Shown piece by piece: positions 9,236 through 17,674 of a stretch of DNA of 57,350 nucleotides. Location: the NCBI GenBank assembly GCA_046262435.1, contig JBHEMT010000117.1, positions 1 to 57,350 on the forward strand. The letters are read 5' to 3'. This DNA is from Candidatus Dormibacteria bacterium. GTDB lineage: Bacteria; Chloroflexota; Dormibacteria; Aeolococcales; Aeolococcaceae. Every line of letters starts with the position of its first letter. The stretch's first letter is position 1. The notes under the pieces were generated by a model. It did no database searches. It was given only the letters and a program-made list of their open reading frames with translations, and was not told where the DNA came from. A program made the position numbers and the translations under genes.

Positions 9236-10392
9236 TTGAGACCCACCTCCACGCCGCTCAGCGCCTGCAGCCCATAGCGCAGGGCCTCCTCCAGCAGGGC
9301 ACGCTGCTCAGGGGTGCCGGCGTCCTCGATCGCCTGCAGCGCCGCCCGGGTGAAGGCACCGCGGCCGGTGCGGTCGGCGGCTGCGGCCGCGGCGTCGACC
9401 TCCGGCTGGGTGCGGTCGCGGATCCGCACCAGCGCCAGACCGGTGCTGTCGCGGACGCCGCTTTCCAGGGTGTAGACGTCGAGCGCCACCGAAGGGGGGA
9501 CGCACCCGGTCAGGTCCACCCGCGCAAGGGTTCGTTCCAGCGGCCGTCCGGCGGCTGCGGTGAGCAGCTCGGCGCAGACGCGGTCGCGCGCGGCGGTCGC
9601 CGAGGTGACCCCCTCCATGTCGCACCCCACGCTCAACGCGGTCCAGCTGTTGACATCCAGGGCCTGCCAGGAGAGCCGGCCGTCCTCGCCCACCTCGACC
9701 ACCACCGGGCCGCGCCGCCCGTCGTCGTCGAAGCTGAGCGGCTCCGGCGTGCCCGGGTAGACAAGCCCAGTGTCGAGGTCCATTCGGCGGCGGTGGTAGT
9801 GGCCGCACAGGGCGGCGCTGAAGCCGAGCTGACGAATCCGCGCAGCATGGAAGGGCCCGTGCACCGACTTGCCGTCGGGACGGCTGCCCATCTCGGCCCC
9901 ATGGAACAGGGCGAGGTGGATGCCGGCCGGGTTGCCCGCTTCGGCGAGAACATCGATGCCGAGCGGGTCGCCGAGCCACACCGGCTCCTGATGGGCCAGG
10001 CCCCAGAGGGTCAGACCCGGCTCGAGTTCCAGAGGCGCAAGGCGCGTCTCGGTGAAGAGGTGGACATTGTCGGGCCACTCTGTGACCGAGTAGAGCGAGC
10101 CCGGCACCAGGGGATCGTGGTTGCCGGGGGCGAGGGCCACTCGCAGCGGAGCCCAGCTGGCGAAGGTTTCGGCGAGGAAGCGTCCGGTCTCCACGTCGGC
10201 CCGCTCGTGCTCGTAGAGGTCGCCCCCGATGCTGACCAGCTGGCACCCGTGGACGCGGGCCTCCTCGCCGGCGCGGCGGAGCGCGTCCCGCAGCCCCTGA
10301 CGCCGCCGCCGGGCCAGGTCACCCTGACACCCCGAGCCGGCGAAGGAGCGCTCCAGGTGCAGGTCGGAGAGATGAAGGAGACGGTAGGACAT
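9232..10392 (-). CDS. metallophosphoesterase, SbcD/Mre11-like nuclease of the YhaO/SbcF type
   Basis: Calcineurin-like motifs LHLSDLHL, GGDLYE, GNHD, ALFHG and CGHYH. 4-nt overlap with the downstream ATPase gene. Confidence 0.8.
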   Translation of the reverse strand: MSYRLLHLSDLHLERSFAGSGCQGDLARRRRQGLRDALRRAGEEARVHGCQLVSIGGDLYEHERADVETGRFLAETFASWAPLRVALAPGNHDPLVPGSLYSVTEWPDNVHLFTETRLAPLELEPGLTLWGLAHQEPVWLGDPLGIDVLAEAGNPAGIHLALFHGAEMGSRPDGKSVHGPFHAARIRQLGFSAALCGHYHRRRMDLDTGLVYPGTPEPLSFDDDGRRGPVVVEVGEDGRLSWQALDVNSWTALSVGCDMEGVTSATAARDRVCAELLTAAAGRPLERTLARVDLTGCVPPSVALDVYTLESGVRDSTGLALVRIRDRTQPEVDAAAAAADRTGRGAFTRAALQAIEDAGTPEQRALLEEALRYGLQALSGVEVGLK

Positions 10393-10517
10393 GGGTGCTC
10401 CCGCGACTGCCGGAGGATGCGGGCGAACGTCAGTTCGGTGAACCTATCACAGGCCTGGAGACGGCACAAGCGTTCGCGCCCCGCTCCGGCCCGGACTGCC
10501 TTCGCCTGGAGGTGCGC

Positions 10518-11339
10518 TCAGTCGCCCGCGCGGCGGTAGCGCTCCATGCGGGCGGCGAGGAGGTCGTCGATGCTCAGCCGGTCGAGTTCTGCCAGGTGGC
10601 GCAACCAGGTGCCCCGCAGCGCTCCCATCACCAGGTCGGGGTGCCGGTGGGCGCCCGGGGCGGGCTCGGGGATCAGTTCGTCGACCAGGCCCAGGGCGTG
10701 GGCGGTACGCACTCCAGGCTTTTGGGCAGCTGCCGCCCGGCCCTTCTGGCCGGAATCGCGGTAGAGGATCGCCGCCGAGGTTTCGGGTGGCGCGACCGTG
10801 AAGATGGCGTTCTCCAGGGCCAGCACCCGGTCGGCGATCCCCAGCGCGAGGGCGCCGCCGCTGCCGCCCTCGCTGAGCACTGTGCTGATCACCGGGACGC
10901 GCAGGCGCAGCAGGGTGGTGAGCGACTCGGCGATGGCCCAGGCCTGGCCGCGCTCCTCCGCGCCCACCCCGGCATGGGCAGCCGGTGTGTCAACAAGGCA
11001 GAGCAGCGGGAGCCCGAACTTCTCCGCCTGGCCCATCAGCCGGATCGCCTTGCGGTAACCCTCCGGGTGGGGCATCCCGAAGTTGCGCAGGGCGCGCGAG
11101 ATGGCGTCACTGCCCTTCTCCTGACCGATCACCATCACCCAGCGCTCACCCAGCCGAGCCGGCCCGCCGACCACCGCGCGGTCATCGCCGAAGACGCGGT
11201 CGCCGCGCAGCTCGGTCCAGTCACGGAGGCAGTGCCCGATGACCTGGAGGGATCGCGGGCGCTCGGGGTGACGCGCCAGCTGCACCTCGGCGAATGCCAG
11301 CCGCTCCTGCTCGGCGGTCGCCGCCGCAATCCCTTCCAC
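10518..11339 (-). CDS. accA: acetyl-CoA carboxylase carboxyltransferase alpha subunit (short N-terminus)
   Basis: LARHPERP, IGQEKG, FGMPHPEGYRKAIRLM, DTPAAHAGVGAEERGQ and GEGGSGGALA. GTG at 11339 lies 2 nt after the accD stop. Confidence 0.85.
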   Translation of the reverse strand: MEGIAAATAEQERLAFAEVQLARHPERPRSLQVIGHCLRDWTELRGDRVFGDDRAVVGGPARLGERWVMVIGQEKGSDAISRALRNFGMPHPEGYRKAIRLMGQAEKFGLPLLCLVDTPAAHAGVGAEERGQAWAIAESLTTLLRLRVPVISTVLSEGGSGGALALGIADRVLALENAIFTVAPPETSAAILYRDSGQKGRAAAAQKPGVRTAHALGLVDELIPEPAPGAHRHPDLVMGALRGTWLRHLAELDRLSIDDLLAARMERYRRAGD

Positions 11340-11341
11340 GC

Positions 11342-12211
11342 TCAGCCCCGCGGCCGCGCGGCGGTGTATGCCTCGAGCAGCCTGCTCAACACCGGCGCCA
11401 GGGCGTCCCGCGGAACGACGGCGTCGATCATCCCGTGGGCCAGCAGGAACTCGGCTGTTTGGAACCCGTCGGGAAGCGTCTCGTGCGCGGCCTGCTGGAT
11501 CACCCGGCCGCCGGCGAACCCGATGCGCGCCAGCGGCTCGGCCAGGATGACGTCGGCCTGCACCGCAAAGGACGCGGTGACCCCTCCGAAGCAGGGGTCG
11601 GTGAGGACCGTGCAGTAGGGGAGACCCGCGTTGCTCACGGCCACCACGCCGGCACTGCACCGCGCCATCTGGGCCAGTGAGGCGATGCCCTCCTGCATCC
11701 GAGCACCCCCCGAGGTGCAGATCGCAACCAACGGGCGCGCCTCGGCGACGGCCACCTCGCAGCCCCGCGCGAAGGCCTCGCCGGCAGCGCTGCCCAGCGA
11801 CCCGCCGAAGAAGGCGAACTCCATGGCGACGAGCACCACCGGCCGGCCGCCCACCTCCGCCCGGGCAACCAGCACAGCCTCGCGCTCGCCAGTTCTCAGG
11901 GTGACCTCCCGGAGACGCTCGGCATAGGGGGTGCCGTCATCGAAGCGCAGCGGATCGCGGGCTCCGAGGTCCATCTCCAGCACCACTCCACTCCCCGGAT
12001 CGGCGAGCTGCTCGATGCGCTCGCGTGCCGGCACGCGACCGTGCGCCCCACACCCGGAGCAGACCCGCAGCAGGGCGCGATACCGGGCGAGGCCGTAGCG
12101 GCGCTGACACCCGGGGCACGCGAGCGTGTTGGGCGGAGCGACCGGGCGCAGCCGGGGACCGGGCGCCGGCAGTGCTCCGCTGTGCCGACCGAGGAAGCCT
12201 AGACCCCGCAT
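11342..12211 (-). CDS. accD: acetyl-CoA carboxylase carboxyltransferase beta subunit
   Basis: N-terminal zinc ribbon CPGC...CSGC, FFGGSLGSAAGE and SGGARMQEG. ATG at 12211 overlaps the fabH stop by 13 nt. The upstream part of the tracked ORF is an artefact. Confidence 0.85.
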   Translation of the reverse strand: MRGLGFLGRHSGALPAPGPRLRPVAPPNTLACPGCQRRYGLARYRALLRVCSGCGAHGRVPARERIEQLADPGSGVVLEMDLGARDPLRFDDGTPYAERLREVTLRTGEREAVLVARAEVGGRPVVLVAMEFAFFGGSLGSAAGEAFARGCEVAVAEARPLVAICTSGGARMQEGIASLAQMARCSAGVVAVSNAGLPYCTVLTDPCFGGVTASFAVQADVILAEPLARIGFAGGRVIQQAAHETLPDGFQTAEFLLAHGMIDAVVPRDALAPVLSRLLEAYTAARPRG

Positions 12212-13227
12212 GGAGCGGTCCAGGTGAGGGCGATCCCTCCCCAGGTGGAGCCCGCTCCGAAGGCCACGCAGAGGAGCCGGTCGCCCGGCGAGATCCGGCC
12301 GTTGGCGACCGCCTCGGCGAGGGCGATCGGGATCGAGGCTGCACTGGTGTTGCCCATCTCGGCCACGTTGAGCACCAGCCGTTCGCTGGGCACGCCGAGC
12401 CGTTTGGCGGCGGCATCGATGATTCGCAGGTTGGCCTGGTGGGGGATGACGTGGTCCACGTCTCCAAGCGTCCAGCCGGCATCGGCGCACAGCTGCTCGG
12501 CGACGTGGCAGAGGCGCTCGACCGCCAACCGGTAGGTGCCCCGGCCGGCCATGCGCAGCCGGTCCTCGGGGCGTTGCCCGTCCTGGCTCGGACCGTAGTA
12601 GATCATCGCGGCGTCGGCACCGTCGGCTCCCCAGTTGCTGGCCAGCAGGCCGCCGCCCTCGGCCGGCGCGGCGCCGACGACGGTGGCCGCGGCTCCGTCG
12701 CCGAAGAGCACGCAGGTGCTCCGGTCGCCGTAGTCCACCAGGCTGGTCATCGCCTCGCTGGTGACCAGCAGCACGGTGCGGGCAGCGCCGCTCCGCACCA
12801 GCGAGTCGGCCATGCGCATGCCGTACACGAACCCGCTGCACGCGGCGTTGACGTCCATCGCGGGCTGGCCGTGAAGCCCGAGGCCGCGCTGGATCAGCGA
12901 GGCCGTGGAAGGCACCAGCGTGTCCGGCGTGCAGGTCGCCGTGAGAACCAGGTCGACATCCGGGTTGCCCGCCTGCTCGAGGGCGCGCCGGGCGGCAAGG
13001 ATGCCCATCGATGCGGAGGTCTCGCCGGTCCCCGCTCGGTGCCGGGTGCGGATCCCGGTCCGCTCCATAATCCAGGCATCAGAGGTGTCAACCATCGCCT
13101 CGAGGTCGGCGTTGGTGAGCAGCCCGTCGGGCACGCACGTCCCCATGCCGAGGATCGCCGACGCGGCCGGGAGCGCACCGGTGCCGGCAGGCGCGGCGGA
13201 GGGGAGCGCGCGAGTGGGCAACGACAT
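12199..13227 (-). CDS. fabH: 3-oxoacyl-ACP synthase III
   Basis: Catalytic triad contexts NAACSGF, IPHQANLRI and GNTSAASIP. ATG at 13227; the track starts 2 codons earlier at a TTG. Confidence 0.9.
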   Translation of the reverse strand: MSLPTRALPSAAPAGTGALPAASAILGMGTCVPDGLLTNADLEAMVDTSDAWIMERTGIRTRHRAGTGETSASMGILAARRALEQAGNPDVDLVLTATCTPDTLVPSTASLIQRGLGLHGQPAMDVNAACSGFVYGMRMADSLVRSGAARTVLLVTSEAMTSLVDYGDRSTCVLFGDGAAATVVGAAPAEGGGLLASNWGADGADAAMIYYGPSQDGQRPEDRLRMAGRGTYRLAVERLCHVAEQLCADAGWTLGDVDHVIPHQANLRIIDAAAKRLGVPSERLVLNVAEMGNTSAASIPIALAEAVANGRISPGDRLLCVAFGAGSTWGGIALTWTAPCGV

Positions 13228-13242
13228 GGTCAAGGGCAGAAG

Positions 13243-13264
13243 GTAACGTCGCGGCGACGGTTAC
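13243..13264. promoter_or_regulatory. imperfect inverted repeat in the fabH leader
   Basis: GTAACGTCG-cgg-CGACgGTTAC (9 paired positions with a 1-nt bulge), 16-37 nt upstream of the fabH ATG in the divergent intergenic region. Confidence 0.2.
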
Positions 13265-13391
13265 GTCCGCAGCCTGCCTCGCTGAGACAATGCCCGGGCG
13301 GTACCCCGGCCCTCACCGGCGGCGACCCGCCGCCCCTTCCGGCGCCGCACCGCCGGAACCATCCAGACCACAGCGCCGTTTGGCTTGAGAG

Positions 13392-14876
13392 ATGCGCCGC
13401 CTGACCAACCCTAAGTCCCAGCTCACCGCACCGCGTCGTCGCCGCCTCTTCGGCGTGGCCGTGGTGGTCACCCTCATCGCTGTCCTGCTGACCAGCGCGG
13501 GGGTCGGGGCGCAGAGCTACGGGCGCCAGCAGAGCGCGCTCAGCGGCGCGCAGGCCGAACGGGCGGCCGCGCGGCACACGCTGGAAGCGGCCCTGGGTCA
13601 TGCCCGAGGCAGCGGTGTTCCGGCCGACCGGCTCGCCACCATCGTCGCCAGCGAGCACACAGTTCTCGCGGAGGCCTCCCTGCCCAGCCATCTGGGACTC
13701 TTCGACGCCGGCGAGATCGGCCATGTCCGCGACCAGGCCAGCCGGCTGCGGACGCTGATCGGCCAGGTGGACGCAGCTCAGGTTCAGGCCACCGCCGTGG
13801 CGGCCGATGCTGCGAACCGAAGCCTCGACGGCCTCGCCGCGGCGATCGCCGACGAGCAGTCGGCCGGACTCGACGCCGCGGCGGACCTCAGCTCCCTGCA
13901 CGCGGCTCGCCTGGCGGTGTCCGCGGCAACGTCCCCCGACGCGGTGGCCGCGGCGGTGCTGGGCATCGACGACCGGGCCGGGGCCGCCCACCAGGCCGCC
14001 GACCAGAAGCGCGCCGCGGACGCCGCGGCGGCTGCCGCCCGGGTGCAGGCGAAGCTCGACGCCAGCCGCGCGGACGCCCAGGCGGCACTCGGCCGCGCCG
14101 ACCGCCTCCTCGGCGAAGCCCACGTGTATCCCCAGCTCCAGGTGGGCGCTGCGGCGGGTGCGATCGCCGCCGAGCACGCCGCGTTCAGTTCGGCGAAGGT
14201 GGCCGCGGACTTCGACGCGGTCACCGGCGCCACCGGGGACGCGGCCGACTCGGTGGCGGCGCTGCTCTCCTCGAGGTCAGGTGCCTATGCCGCGATGGCC
14301 ACCGCTCGCAACGGCGTGGGCCAGGCGCAGGCGGCCAAGGTCGACCCCGGCACCGTTCCGGCCCAGCTCGACGCCCTGCAGGCACAGCTCGACGCGGCCG
14401 GCACCCGTCCCGCGCTCGACGCCCTGACCGCCCAGGTCGCCGCCATCGTCCAGCCGCTGCTCGACCGGCTGGGCCTGGCCCAGGTGGGGGCGGGCAAGGT
14501 GATCGTGATCAACCTGGCCAACCAGTCGCTGACCGCCTACCAGGACGGCGCCCCCTTCCTCACCACCCCGGTCACCACCGGCCGCCCGGCGCTGCCCACC
14601 CCGCCGGGAACCTACTCCGTGGTGCGCAAGAACCACCCCTGGACGATGGTGTCCGACTGGCCACGTGACTCACCGTACTGGTACCCGCCGTCGCCGATCC
14701 AGTACGTGCTCTGGTTCACCAACACCGGCTACGGCATCCACGATGCACCCTGGCGCTCGTACTACGGCCCGGGCACGCAGGCCCACGGTTCACACGGGTG
14801 CGTCAACGTGCCGATGCCGACGATGACCAGCCTGTTCTCCTGGGCCGACGTCGGCACCCGGGTGGTGGTCCACTAG
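13392..14876 (+). CDS. L,D-transpeptidase (YkuD domain) with N-terminal TM anchor and a long Ala-rich helical region
   Basis: C-terminal YkuD motif GIHDAPW...HGSHGCVNV, an N-terminal RRRRLFGVAVVVTLIAVLL anchor, and about 350 aa of A/Q/D-rich sequence in between. Confidence 0.8.
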   Translation: MRRLTNPKSQLTAPRRRRLFGVAVVVTLIAVLLTSAGVGAQSYGRQQSALSGAQAERAAARHTLEAALGHARGSGVPADRLATIVASEHTVLAEASLPSHLGLFDAGEIGHVRDQASRLRTLIGQVDAAQVQATAVAADAANRSLDGLAAAIADEQSAGLDAAADLSSLHAARLAVSAATSPDAVAAAVLGIDDRAGAAHQAADQKRAADAAAAAARVQAKLDASRADAQAALGRADRLLGEAHVYPQLQVGAAAGAIAAEHAAFSSAKVAADFDAVTGATGDAADSVAALLSSRSGAYAAMATARNGVGQAQAAKVDPGTVPAQLDALQAQLDAAGTRPALDALTAQVAAIVQPLLDRLGLAQVGAGKVIVINLANQSLTAYQDGAPFLTTPVTTGRPALPTPPGTYSVVRKNHPWTMVSDWPRDSPYWYPPSPIQYVLWFTNTGYGIHDAPWRSYYGPGTQAHGSHGCVNVPMPTMTSLFSWADVGTRVVVH

Positions 14877-14926
14877 CCGCCGGACGGGGTCGGCGGCCCA
14901 AGCGTCCTTCGTATACTCGGCGCGGC

Positions 14927-15337
14927 ATGAACCTCTTCAAGGGCCTCACCAGCTACCAGATTCTCTCGTTCGTGCTGACCTTTGTCCTCTTCAACGGCTA
15001 TGTCGTCCTGGTGGCCGCCTCGCTGGCCTCCTTCTACGTGGTGTCGAAGCCGCGCCGCATGGCCTCGGGCTCTGGGGTGGTGCGCACCGCAGCCGTCTGG
15101 CACGTCGTCGGGTTGGTGTTTTTCATGCTCGCGATCATCAGTACGGTGTGGGCCGCTCCGGCCGAGAAGTCGTTCGTCTCGGAGGCGGGGAGGCTGTTCG
15201 ACGTCAGCGACCCGCGGTTCCAGAAGATCCTCATCGGCGTTCTCTTCGCCGCGGTGGGCGTGGGCAGCATGGTGGTGGGCTTCGTCGGGGGCGGCCGGCA
15301 GAAGCGCGCCGCGCGAGAGGCTGCCTACGGCGCCTGA
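14927..15337 (+). CDS. small membrane protein (3-4 TM), unknown function
   Basis: ATG at 14927 (MNLFKGLTSYQILSFVLTFVLF...). Hydrophobic helices and a basic C-terminal tail. Confidence 0.5.
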   Translation: MNLFKGLTSYQILSFVLTFVLFNGYVVLVAASLASFYVVSKPRRMASGSGVVRTAAVWHVVGLVFFMLAIISTVWAAPAEKSFVSEAGRLFDVSDPRFQKILIGVLFAAVGVGSMVVGFVGGGRQKRAAREAAYGA

Positions 15338-15342
15338 GCGGC

Positions 15343-15846
15343 CTAGCGTGAGCCGAAGCTGAGGATCGCCGCCGGGTTCAGCAGCCCAAAGGGGCGCTGC
15401 ACCGTGTGGGTCTCCGATCCAAGTGCCGCCACCCAGAGCGCCGACACGTTGGTCACCGGGATGAAGTCGCCGCGAAATCTCTCCAGCTGATCCTGGAGGG
15501 TTCGGCGGGGCTCGAGGTGGACGTCGGCCACCATCGAGAACGAGACGGTGTTGATCGAGACCGGCTGCACATGCTTCTCGCGCCACATCGAGGCTGAGGC
15601 GTGGCCGCCGAGGTCCTCGAGCGGGCAGATCAGCACCAGTGCGGACTTCGCCACCGTGGTCCGAGGCTCGAGCCGGGAGAGGATGGGGTAGTTGACCGAC
15701 AGCGGCTCCGCCCGTGAGTTGCGGAGGTGGAGGAAGTCGCCGAAGCGGTTGACGCTGTCGGTGAGCCGCTCGTGGCCAACCACCTCGAGCTCGCCGGTCA
15801 TCCGCATGAAGGCGGAGTAAATCTCCAGCTCGCGCCAATCGCTCAT
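15343..15846 (-). CDS. hypothetical protein with an internally duplicated ~80-aa module
   Basis: ATG at 15846 (MSDWRELEIY...). The motif R-x-L-x-D-x-h-x-R-F-x-G-D-F-h-x-h-x-N occurs twice, at aa 27-43 and aa 115-133. High third-position GC. No family recognised. Confidence 0.55.
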   Translation of the reverse strand: MSDWRELEIYSAFMRMTGELEVVGHERLTDSVNRFGDFLHLRNSRAEPLSVNYPILSRLEPRTTVAKSALVLICPLEDLGGHASASMWREKHVQPVSINTVSFSMVADVHLEPRRTLQDQLERFRGDFIPVTNVSALWVAALGSETHTVQRPFGLLNPAAILSFGSR

Positions 15847-15990
15847 GGTCGTCGACCCTACCAGGGCATCGCCGGGGCGGCGGGACGTTCCTCCGGGGGC
15901 GCTCCGGAGGGGAAGCATGCCCGCGGCGGGGCCCGCCTGTATCCTTGGCGCCGCTCAACCGCCCGAGATGGGACACAGGGTCACCTGGAC

Positions 15991-16128
15991 ATGCTCGAAC
16001 GCTTCGTGCTCGCGCTCCGCAGCGACTTCGGCTGCCTGGTCATCATCGTCGGCTTTCTGGTGATCATGATCTCCACCATCGTCTTCGCCGACGTGATCAC
16101 CCCCCCGGCCAACAACCCCTTCGTCTGA
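15991..16128 (+). CDS. possible 45-aa single-TM miniprotein upstream of the Rieske gene
   Basis: MLERFVLALRSDFGCLVIIVGFLVIMISTIVFADVITPPANNPFV. Same strand as the bc operon and 71 nt upstream of it. Confidence 0.3.
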   Translation: MLERFVLALRSDFGCLVIIVGFLVIMISTIVFADVITPPANNPFV

Positions 16129-16151
16129 GCAGCCGGCCGCCCGCTTGTAGG

Positions 16152-16157
16152 TAGAAT
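16152..16157 (+). promoter_or_regulatory. candidate -10 element (TAGAAT) for the bc-complex operon
   Basis: An AT-rich hexamer in otherwise GC-rich DNA, 43 nt upstream of the Rieske start. No convincing -35 element. Confidence 0.2.
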
Positions 16158-16199
16158 TGCTCACATCTCAGCCGCCCTGCGTGGGGCCCTAGGAAGGCG

Positions 16200-16844
16200 A
16201 TGGCGTACAACCCCTACGACACCCCACGCGGACGGATGGGCAACCTGGCCCTGAGTACGCGCCGCCAGTTCCTGCTCCTCATGGGTGCGATCGGCGCGCT
16301 GGGTGCCCTGGTCTTCGGCGGCATCGAGAGCCTGAAGTTCCTCTTCCCCGGGGTCACCTCTGACGCCCCGGCGGCCTTCAAGGTGGACCAGGACCCCGGA
16401 GCCATCCGGGTGGGCTCGGTTGTCCAGATCACCGACAAGCGGGTGTCGATCGTCCACGACCAGGAGGGCTTCTACGCCGTCTACCTGGTCTGCACCCACC
16501 TCGGCTGCACTCCCAACTACGTCACCGATGTGATCGGCGCCACCGGGGTGAATCCGCAGGCGCCGAGCACCGCAGAGCACTACAAGGCGATCGGCCCGGG
16601 GGGCACGGGCTTCGGCTGGGCCTGCCCATGCCACGGGTCGCGCTACTTCATCGACTCCACGAACTTCTACGGCCCGGCTCCGCGGCCGATGGACTGGGTG
16701 GACATCGCCTTCACCCCCGACAACAAGCTGATCGTCGACCGCTCCAAGCTGGTGGTCCAACGTGGCGCGGGCGACAGTGAGGTGCCGCGCTGGCGTCTCG
16801 ACCCGAAGACCCAGAAGAGCAACGGCAAGACTCTCGGTGTCTGA
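16200..16844 (+). CDS. qcrA: Rieske [2Fe-2S] subunit of a cytochrome bc/b6c-type complex
   Basis: Rieske boxes CTHLGCTP and CPCHGSRY. Tat-like signal/anchor RRQFLLLMGAIGALGALVF. AGGAAGG RBS. Confidence 0.9.
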   Translation: MAYNPYDTPRGRMGNLALSTRRQFLLLMGAIGALGALVFGGIESLKFLFPGVTSDAPAAFKVDQDPGAIRVGSVVQITDKRVSIVHDQEGFYAVYLVCTHLGCTPNYVTDVIGATGVNPQAPSTAEHYKAIGPGGTGFGWACPCHGSRYFIDSTNFYGPAPRPMDWVDIAFTPDNKLIVDRSKLVVQRGAGDSEVPRWRLDPKTQKSNGKTLGV

Positions 16845-16898
16845 GGCCGCACGTTGCCGTTCAGCAGGAGCGCCCATCCGTGACCGAGGAGATACCCG

Positions 16899-17630
16899 GT
16901 GAGCGCTGAGACGCGTGGAGCCAACCCGCTGACCAAGTTCGTCGGCCAGGTTTGGGGCTCGATCTTCCGTCACGGTATGCCCACCACCGACAAGGTGGCG
17001 GCGCGCACAGCGCTGACCAACTTCTTCCTCCACATCCATCCGGTGCGGGTCAAGAAGTCGGCGATCCGGGTGAGCTACACGCTATGCCTCGGCGGCCTCT
17101 CCTTCTTCCTGTTCATCCTGCTGACGATCAGCGGGCTGTTCCTGATGTTCTATTACATTCCCAGCGTCGACCAGGCCTACCAGAACATCAAGGACCTGCA
17201 GTTTGTTGCCACCTTCGGGTTGGTGATCCGCAACCTGCACCGCTGGTCGGCGCACGCAATGGTCATCACCGTGTGGCTGCACATGGCGCGGGTGTTCTAC
17301 CAAGGCGCCTACAAGCCGCCGCGCGAGTTCAATTGGGCAATCGGCTCACTTCTGCTGGTGGTCACCCTGCTGCTCTCATTCTCCGGTTACCTGTTGCCCT
17401 GGGACCAGCTGGCGGTGTGGGCGATCACGGTGGGCACCAACATGGCCAAGTACGCTCCGCTGGCCGGCCCCTACACCCGCTACCTGCTGATCGGCGGCAA
17501 GAATGTCGGCCAGGGGGCGCTGATCCGCTTCTATGTCCTCCATGTCGTCGCCTTACCCCTGGTCGGCTTCATCCTCATGGTCGTGCACTTCTGGCGGGTC
17601 CGGAAGGACGGCTTCACCGGTGGGCTGTAG
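16899..17630 (+). CDS. qcrB: cytochrome b6-type subunit (cytochrome b N-terminal 4-helix domain)
   Basis: Four haem-ligand His residues in contexts [12 protein letters not shown] and [22 protein letters not shown]. 243 aa, i.e. a split cytochrome b. GTG start. Confidence 0.9.
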   Translation: MSAETRGANPLTKFVGQVWGSIFRHGMPTTDKVAARTALTNFFLHIHPVRVKKSAIRVSYTLCLGGLSFFLFILLTISGLFLMFYYIPSVDQAYQNIKDLQFVATFGLVIRNLHRWSAHAMVITVWLHMARVFYQGAYKPPREFNWAIGSLLLVVTLLLSFSGYLLPWDQLAVWAITVGTNMAKYAPLAGPYTRYLLIGGKNVGQGALIRFYVLHVVALPLVGFILMVVHFWRVRKDGFTGGL

Positions 17631-17674
17631 ATGAGCAGTGGGACGAGTCTGCCCAGCGGGCGGGAGGCACAGCA

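Noticed and set aside
10438-10451. CRP/FNR-like half-site palindrome GTGA-ACCTA-TCACA upstream of the SbcF-like gene.
   Set aside because: The arms are only 4-5 bp and the spacing is one nt shorter than the TGTGA-N6-TCACA consensus. That is easily expected by chance.
10518-11660. The possibility that accA is a frameshifted pseudogene or a broken accD-accA fusion.
   Set aside because: accD ends with a normal C-terminus and stop, and accA retains all catalytic motifs from LARHPERP onward. The upstream part of the tracked ORF is R/P/G-rich and overlaps accD in another frame. This cannot be fully excluded without reads.
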